Assembly: GCA_036824145.1 (NCBI GenBank)
Contig: DAITAT010000001.1
Span: 42,427 to 106,426, forward strand
DNA: 64,000 bases
Source: Candidatus Dormiibacterota bacterium
GTDB lineage: Bacteria; Chloroflexota; Dormibacteria; DASZGP01
Direction of reading: 5' to 3'
Of this stretch, positions 58,590-64,000 are shown in pieces (position 1 is the first letter of the stretch; each line of letters starts with the position of its first letter). Position numbers and translations under genes: made by a program. The notes beneath the pieces were generated by a model. It made no database searches and was not told where the DNA came from. It worked only from the letters and a program-made list of their open reading frames with translations.

Positions 58590-59585
58590 GTGGGTCTGTA
58601 CCTTTTCCATGGCGGCGAGGCGTACCTGGTCGAGCAGGCATTCGGCGACACCTGGGCCAGGCTCACCTCAGGGCTTGAATCCGAGCTCGACGCCGAGGTG
58701 CTGGACCCCGAGTCGAGCCCCGCCGAGGTCGCCGCCGCTGCCGGTTCGGTCGGCTTCTTCAGCTCCGGACGCGTGGTTGGGATCCGGGACTGGAAGGTCC
58801 TGTTGCCTCGCCCCGGGCGCAAGTCGCGTTCGGCCAAAGCCGTGGCCGCCGACCCGGCCGCCGAAGCTGCCGGGGTGCTGGCTCAGCTGCCCGCCGAGTC
58901 GCACCTCGTGTTGGCCGTGGGCAACGCCTTGGCGCCCTCGAACCCGGTCGTACAGATTGTCAAAGCCCGGGGCGAGGTGCGCGAATACCAGCGCCTCCGT
59001 CGCGGCGACCTCTTCAACTGGACCGCCCAGCGCTGCCGCCAGATGGGACTGAACCTCGACAACTCCGGCCAGCGGCTGCTGGTCGACGCCGTCGGCGACG
59101 ACCTCCGGCTACTCGACTCAGAGTTGGAGAAGCTGCACATCCACGCCGCCGGTGGGGCCATCGGCGCCGCGGATGTGGCCCTGCTCGTCCCCGACACCGC
59201 CGAGCACCAGGTCTGGGACCTAACCGATTCCCTGATGAGCGATCCGGGTCGTGCCGCGGTTGAGCTCGAGCGGGCATTGTCGATCGGTGAGCCCCCCGGG
59301 CGGCTCAGCTACATGCTGGTCCGGCATCTCCGGCTGCTGCTGGCCGCTTCGGCTGCTCCGGGCGGCGCTGCCGGCCCGGCTGCCCTGACGAAGGCCTTCG
59401 CCGGTGACGGCCGCCCGCTGGCCGAGTACACCGTCAAGAAGGCGATCGAGCAGGCATCCCGGGCCGATCCAGCGCGGCTCGAGGCCATCTACCGCCGTGC
59501 CGCAAGCGCCGAGGCCGCCTCAAGGCGTGGCGAACTCGACGAGGATGCGGCTCTGCGCCTGGTGGTGATGGAGGCCGCGCTCTAG
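58590..59585 (+). CDS. holA: DNA polymerase III delta subunit
   Basis: GTG start after comEC stop; LYLFHGGEAYLVEQ N-terminus typical of HolA; conserved comEC-holA-rpsT neighbourhood. Confidence 0.7.
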   Translation: MGLYLFHGGEAYLVEQAFGDTWARLTSGLESELDAEVLDPESSPAEVAAAAGSVGFFSSGRVVGIRDWKVLLPRPGRKSRSAKAVAADPAAEAAGVLAQLPAESHLVLAVGNALAPSNPVVQIVKARGEVREYQRLRRGDLFNWTAQRCRQMGLNLDNSGQRLLVDAVGDDLRLLDSELEKLHIHAAGGAIGAADVALLVPDTAEHQVWDLTDSLMSDPGRAAVELERALSIGEPPGRLSYMLVRHLRLLLAASAAPGGAAGPAALTKAFAGDGRPLAEYTVKKAIEQASRADPARLEAIYRRAASAEAASRRGELDEDAALRLVVMEAAL

Positions 59586-59627
59586 CGGAACGTCGGCTCG
59601 CGGTTCCCGCCGACTGGGACGGCCGGG

Positions 59628-60002
59628 CTACTTCTTGGCAGAGCTCTTGGCAGAGCTCTTGGCCTTGGTTTTGGCCGTGCCCTTGGCGTGCGCCTTGGCC
59701 TCGGCGGCGGCGCGGGCGGCGGCTTCGGGGTCGGCCGCTAAGGCGGATGCCCTGGCGACCATGCGCATCAGCCGCGACTTGCGGCGAGCGGCATTGTTGG
59801 GATGCAGGATGCCACGCTCGGCGGCCTGGTCCAGGGCCTTGACGGCAGCCTTGACCTCAGCAACGGGGGCGGTCTCGCCGCTGTCCATCAGGCGACGGAC
59901 GCGGGTGACGTGAGTCTTAACCGCTGAGCGCACGACGCGATTGCGGTCGTGCTTCTTGGTGGAGATCAGCACCCTCTTCTTGGCGGACTTGATGTTGGCC
60001 AT
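59628..60002 (-). CDS. rpsT: 30S ribosomal protein S20 with Ala/Lys-rich C-terminal tail
   Basis: MANIKSAKKRVLISTKKHDRNR canonical S20. Confidence 0.9.
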   Translation of the reverse strand: MANIKSAKKRVLISTKKHDRNRVVRSAVKTHVTRVRRLMDSGETAPVAEVKAAVKALDQAAERGILHPNNAARRKSRLMRMVARASALAADPEAAARAAAEAKAHAKGTAKTKAKSSAKSSAKK

Positions 60003-60058
60003 CGAACCTCTTGCTCGACCTCGTGGTCGAATGGAGTCCCCCAAAAAGGAACTGGGGA

Positions 60059-60064
60059 TTATAC
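60059..60064 (-). promoter_or_regulatory. Minus-strand TATAAT -10 hexamer about 55 nt upstream of rpsT start
   Basis: Reverse complement of attata at 60059-60064. Confidence 0.3.
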
Positions 60065-60100
60065 CGTGGCCCTTCCTGGCGGCCCCTATGATGGTCAGCC

Positions 60101-61717
60101 GTGAATCAAACGGACTCGGACGAGCGACGCCGGATTGCCGCGTCAGGCACGCTGCTACTGGTTGCTTTCGCCGTCACCAAAGCCGCCGGCTACCTCCAGA
60201 AGGTCATCATCGCCCACCGTTTCGGCACCAGCGGCGACATGGACCTGTACGTCCTCTCCTTCACCATCCCGGATATTTTTCTCTTCCTCGTGATCGGTGG
60301 CGCGGTCAGTTCCGCCTTCGTGCCGGTGACCACGGAGCACCTCGCCCGCGGCCAGGACGACGAAGCGCGCGGCGTCGTCAACGGCGTGATGACGGCCGCA
60401 CTGCTGATCCTGGTGCTCGGGGTGGCGCTGCTGGAGCTGGCCAGCCCGCTGGTGGTTCGTCTCCTCGCCGGGGGCCGCGGACCCAGCGAGCAGGCCCTCA
60501 CCCTGACCCTGACCCGGATCATCCTGCTGCAGGCGCTCTTTCTCGGCATGGGCGGGTTTGCGGTGGGGGTAATGAACGCCTACCGGCGATTCCTGCCGCT
60601 GTCGCTGGCGCCGCTGATGTACGACCTCGCCATCATCGGCGCCGCCCTCTTCCTGACCCAGGTGCGCTTCCACGGGAAACCCCTCGGCGTAGTCGGGCTT
60701 GCGATCGGCGTCGCCCTTGGCGGGCTGGCCCATTTCGCGATCCAGCTGCCTTCGCTGTTGCGCATCGGCTGGCGACCGCTGGTGCCGAGGGCGCTGCGCA
60801 ACCCGGCGGTCTGGCGGGTGGCGGCACTGACCATCCCGATCGCCCTGGGCCTGGTCGCGGTCCAGGCCAACATCGCCGTCGACAGGGTCCTTGCGGCTCG
60901 GCTCCCGTCCGGCCGGGTGGCGGCGCTCGACTTCGCCAACGACATCGCCCAGATTCCCAACCTGACCTTCACCACCGCCTTGACGCTGGTGATGTTTCCG
61001 TATTTCGCCCGCCATGCGGCGCTGGGCGAGATCGGTGCGCTGCGACGGCAGGCGGCACTCGCGGTGCGCCTCAACCTCTTCGTGTTGCTGCCCGCGGCCG
61101 TCGGCCTGATCGTCCTGGGCCCGCCGATCATCGCCCTCTTGCTGCAGCGGGGCGCCTTCAATGCCGAGTCGACATCGCTGGTGACCGCGCCTCTCGCCCT
61201 GTTCGCCGTCGGCATCGGCGCCCAGGCCTCGATCTTCCTTGTGGCGCGCGTCTACTACTCGCTGCAGAAGGTGGTGACGCCGATGCTGGTGGCATTCGCG
61301 TCCGTCGCCGTCAACCTCGTCGCCACGCTTCTGTTCATCGGCCCGCTGCAGCAAGGCGGCCTGGCGTTGGCGACATCGCTGGCCAGCATCTTCAACCTCA
61401 GCCTGCTGATCTACTGGCTGCGGCCGTACCTGGGAGGGTTCGAGGGCCGGCGCCTGGCGACGATGCTTGGCGAGGTCGCCGTCGGCTGCGCGGTGCTGGC
61501 AGCGGTCGCCTGGCTGACCTGGCGGGGGCTTGCCGGCGATGGTCCGGTCCGCCTCGAGGTGCGACAGTACGTCGCGCTGGCGGCGTCGATGCTGCTGTCC
61601 GGTGGCGCCTACCTGGCGAGCCAGCGGCTCTTCCAATCGCCTGAGGCAGCGGTTGTGATGAGCGTCTTCCTGGGGCGCCGCGGCGCGGTCGCGGCAGCGT
61701 CCGCCGAGGCGCGCTGA
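60101..61717 (+). CDS. murJ: Lipid II flippase MurJ (MviN)
   Basis: MOP superfamily, 14-TM pattern, conserved Arg/Asp in N-lobe; 538 aa. Confidence 0.85.
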   Translation: MNQTDSDERRRIAASGTLLLVAFAVTKAAGYLQKVIIAHRFGTSGDMDLYVLSFTIPDIFLFLVIGGAVSSAFVPVTTEHLARGQDDEARGVVNGVMTAALLILVLGVALLELASPLVVRLLAGGRGPSEQALTLTLTRIILLQALFLGMGGFAVGVMNAYRRFLPLSLAPLMYDLAIIGAALFLTQVRFHGKPLGVVGLAIGVALGGLAHFAIQLPSLLRIGWRPLVPRALRNPAVWRVAALTIPIALGLVAVQANIAVDRVLAARLPSGRVAALDFANDIAQIPNLTFTTALTLVMFPYFARHAALGEIGALRRQAALAVRLNLFVLLPAAVGLIVLGPPIIALLLQRGAFNAESTSLVTAPLALFAVGIGAQASIFLVARVYYSLQKVVTPMLVAFASVAVNLVATLLFIGPLQQGGLALATSLASIFNLSLLIYWLRPYLGGFEGRRLATMLGEVAVGCAVLAAVAWLTWRGLAGDGPVRLEVRQYVALAASMLLSGGAYLASQRLFQSPEAAVVMSVFLGRRGAVAAASAEAR

Positions 61718-62580
61718 TGAGCCTGACGCTCCGGGCTCCCGCCAAAGTCAACCTCGGCCTCGAGGTCACCGGTCGCCGGCCCGACGGGTACCACGAGCTG
61801 CGTTCGATCCTGGTCAACGTCGACATCGTCGACACCCTCGTCCTCGAGCCGGGCGAGGGCACCAGCGTCGGCGGCGACGCCGCCACAGGAGCCATCGCGC
61901 CCGACCGCGAGCTGGCATCGCGTGCGCTGCGCGGCCTCGAGGCGCTGGCCGGACGCGGGCTGGGGTTAGGCCTGCGGCTGCGCAAACTGATACCGGTTGG
62001 CGCCGGGCTTGGCGGCGGCAGCGCCGACGCCGCCGCGGTGTTGCGGGCGGCGCCTCGCCTGGGCGTCGACGCGCACCCCGAGCGGCTTGCCGCGCTGGCG
62101 CTTGAGCTTGGCGCCGACGTGCCCTTCCAGCTTAGCGGCGGCGCCGCGCTCGTCGGCGGGGCGGGGGAGGCGATCGAGCCGCTGCCCTACCGCGAGATGT
62201 GGCTGGCGCTCGCCTTCGGGCGCGTCCACGTCTCGACAGCCGCGGTCTTCGCCGAGCTTCGCCCCGAGGAGTGGAGCAGCGGCGAAGTCGTTGCAGCTGC
62301 CGCCGACCACTGGCGCCACGATTCCCCCGATCTGCGCTCTGCCCTCGACGAGCTTCCCAACACGCTCTGGGCCCCGGCGTCCCGCCTCCATGCCGGCGTC
62401 CTCGAAGACCAGGCGGTGGCGCTCGAGGAGGGAGGCTGGGTGCCGAGGTTGACCGGGTCCGGCAGCGCCATGTACCAGGTCTGCCGAAACCGGGCGGAGG
62501 CCCGCCGCCTGGCGCTTTCGGCTTCCACCCTCGGCTTTCAGACCTGGGCCTGCCGCACCCTGCCCGCGCCCACCGAGTGA
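61717..62580 (+). CDS. ispE: 4-diphosphocytidyl-2-C-methyl-D-erythritol kinase
   Basis: PAKVNLGLEV and GHMP-kinase ATP motif PVGAGLGGGSADAAA. Confidence 0.85.
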   Translation: MSLTLRAPAKVNLGLEVTGRRPDGYHELRSILVNVDIVDTLVLEPGEGTSVGGDAATGAIAPDRELASRALRGLEALAGRGLGLGLRLRKLIPVGAGLGGGSADAAAVLRAAPRLGVDAHPERLAALALELGADVPFQLSGGAALVGGAGEAIEPLPYREMWLALAFGRVHVSTAAVFAELRPEEWSSGEVVAAAADHWRHDSPDLRSALDELPNTLWAPASRLHAGVLEDQAVALEEGGWVPRLTGSGSAMYQVCRNRAEARRLALSASTLGFQTWACRTLPAPTE

Positions 62581-62624
62581 TCGCCTCACGGTGCCTCCGC
62601 GAGATGCGCCGATAGCATAGGCCT

Positions 62625-64000
62625 GTGGACCCCACCCTCAGCGCCGCCGTCGTGGCCGGCAAGCTCACATCGACCACCATCAGGCGCCTTGGTCGTGGCG
62701 GCGGGACCACGCTTCCCGGCCGCGTCAGCGCCCGCATCGACGGCCGCGCCCTCGAGAAGCTCAGTCGGGGCCTCGAGCTCGGCGTCATCGTGGTCGCCGG
62801 GACCAACGGAAAGACCACCACCTCGAGCCTGCTTCGCACCATCCTCGAGGCCTCTGGCGCGCGAGTCGTCGGCAACCGCGCCGGCGCCAACCTGGTCTCC
62901 GGGCTGACCGCCGCGGTGGTGGCGGACAGCCGGCTCGGCGGCAGTGCTCGCGCCCAGGTCGGCGTCTTCGAAGTCGATGAGGCGAGCCTTCCGGCGGTGG
63001 TGGCGGCGACCTCGCCCCGCGTGGTGGTGGTGACCAACCTCTTCCGTGACCAGCTCGACCGCTACGGCGAGCTGGAGTCAAGCGCGGCCGCGATCTCGGC
63101 CGGCCTCGCCGCACTCCCCGCCGCGTCGCAGGTGATGCTCTGCGCCGACGACCCCGCCGTCGCCTACCTCGGTCGCGACCTCCGGGCCGAGGTCAAGTAC
63201 TTCGGCCTCGACGACGGCGCCCAGGGGCAACCCCAACTGCCGCACGCGGCCGACAGCAAGTTCTGTCCGCGTTGCGGCCAGCCCTTCGATTTCAGCCGCG
63301 TCTACGTCGGCCACCTGGGCCACTACCGCTGCCCGACCGGCGATTTCGAGCGCCCTAAGGCCGACCTCTCGGCGACCCGCGCGGAGTTCTCGGGGCTCGT
63401 CTCCCAGGCGATCACGGTCACCGGCATGGGCATCACCACCGAGGTCCTCGAGGTTCCCCTGTCAGGCCTCTACAACACCTACAACGTCCTCGCCGCAACC
63501 GCCGGTGCCCTGTGCGCCGACATCCCTGCGGGCACCGTGAAGGCGGCGCTGCGCGACTTCCAACCAGCCTTCGGACGCCTGGAGCGTGTCGACGTTGACG
63601 GCCGTATCCTCCACCTGCTGCTGGCCAAGAACCCGGCCGGGTTCAACGAGGTCCTGCGCGCCAGCCGAACGCTGGGGCAGGGTCGCCGGTTCGTCATCGC
63701 CGTGAACGACCGCATCGCCGACGGCCGCGATATCTCGTGGATTTGGGACGTCGATTTCGAGCTCCTCGATGACGCCGAGAGGATCGTTCTCACCGGCGAC
63801 CGGGCGCTTGACATGCGCATCCGCCTCAAATACGGCGGCGTCCCCATGACCCGGGTGGAGGTCGCGCCCACGGTTGCTGGTGGTGTCGACGCCGCCCTCC
63901 ACCTGGCGGCTGATGGCGAGGAGGTCTTCATCCTGCCCACCTACACCGCGATGCTGGAGCTCCGGGCCGAGATGGCGCGGCGCGGCTACCTGCGCCCGTT
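62625..64000 (+). CDS. murT: Lipid II isoglutaminyl synthase MurT (Mur-ligase domain plus Cys4 zinc ribbon), 3' end beyond window
   Basis: GTG start; Mur ligase P-loop VVAGTNGKTTTSSLL; CPRCG...HYRCP zinc ribbon; open to window end, so absent from ORF track. Confidence 0.7.
   Translation, partial: MDPTLSAAVVAGKLTSTTIRRLGRGGGTTLPGRVSARIDGRALEKLSRGLELGVIVVAGTNGKTTTSSLLRTILEASGARVVGNRAGANLVSGLTAAVVADSRLGGSARAQVGVFEVDEASLPAVVAATSPRVVVVTNLFRDQLDRYGELESSAAAISAGLAALPAASQVMLCADDPAVAYLGRDLRAEVKYFGLDDGAQGQPQLPHAADSKFCPRCGQPFDFSRVYVGHLGHYRCPTGDFERPKADLSATRAEFSGLVSQAITVTGMGITTEVLEVPLSGLYNTYNVLAATAGALCADIPAGTVKAALRDFQPAFGRLERVDVDGRILHLLLAKNPAGFNEVLRASRTLGQGRRFVIAVNDRIADGRDISWIWDVDFELLDDAERIVLTGDRALDMRIRLKYGGVPMTRVEVAPTVAGGVDAALHLAADGEEVFILPTYTAMLELRAEMARRGYLRP

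Overview
This 64 kb window is a high-GC (roughly 68-70%) bacterial chromosomal segment, densely packed with housekeeping genes, mostly on the + strand. It holds no transposases, integrases or CRISPR arrays. The protein sequences make most calls straightforward. Recognisable blocks are: tig-clpP-clpX-valS; maf-mreB-mreC-mreD-PBP2-rodA; rplU-rpmA-obg-nadD-rsfS; an incomplete phenylacetyl-CoA epoxidase cluster paaABCD (no paaE); a tandem ArsA/Get3-like ATPase pair; leuS-comEA-comEC-holA, rpsT, and murJ-ispE-murT (murT runs off the window end). There are three tRNAs: Arg-ACG, Ala-CGC and Ala-GGC. The gene order closely parallels the conserved Actinomycetota backbone, and a tiny bS22-like ribosomal protein ORF (not in the ORF track) points the same way; the taxonomic call is inference only. 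Things that stand out: (1) an operon of three alanine-rich polytopic membrane proteins, translationally coupled and overlapping the maf start, sitting between valS and mreB. The third protein keeps a degenerate complex-I/Mrp antiporter-like C-terminal signature, with no partner subunits nearby. (2) A recurring TAGAATCG(C/G)CG -10/discriminator promoter motif upstream of ribosomal protein and tRNA genes. (3) A PAS-GGDEF-EAL protein with a cysteine-rich N-terminal domain, divergent from the paa cluster. (4) A stand-alone fused E1 alpha-beta 2-oxoacid dehydrogenase. (5) An orphan Flp pilin in a lower-GC patch. (6) Several small cysteine-rich ORFs and lysine/alanine-rich tails on ribosomal proteins.
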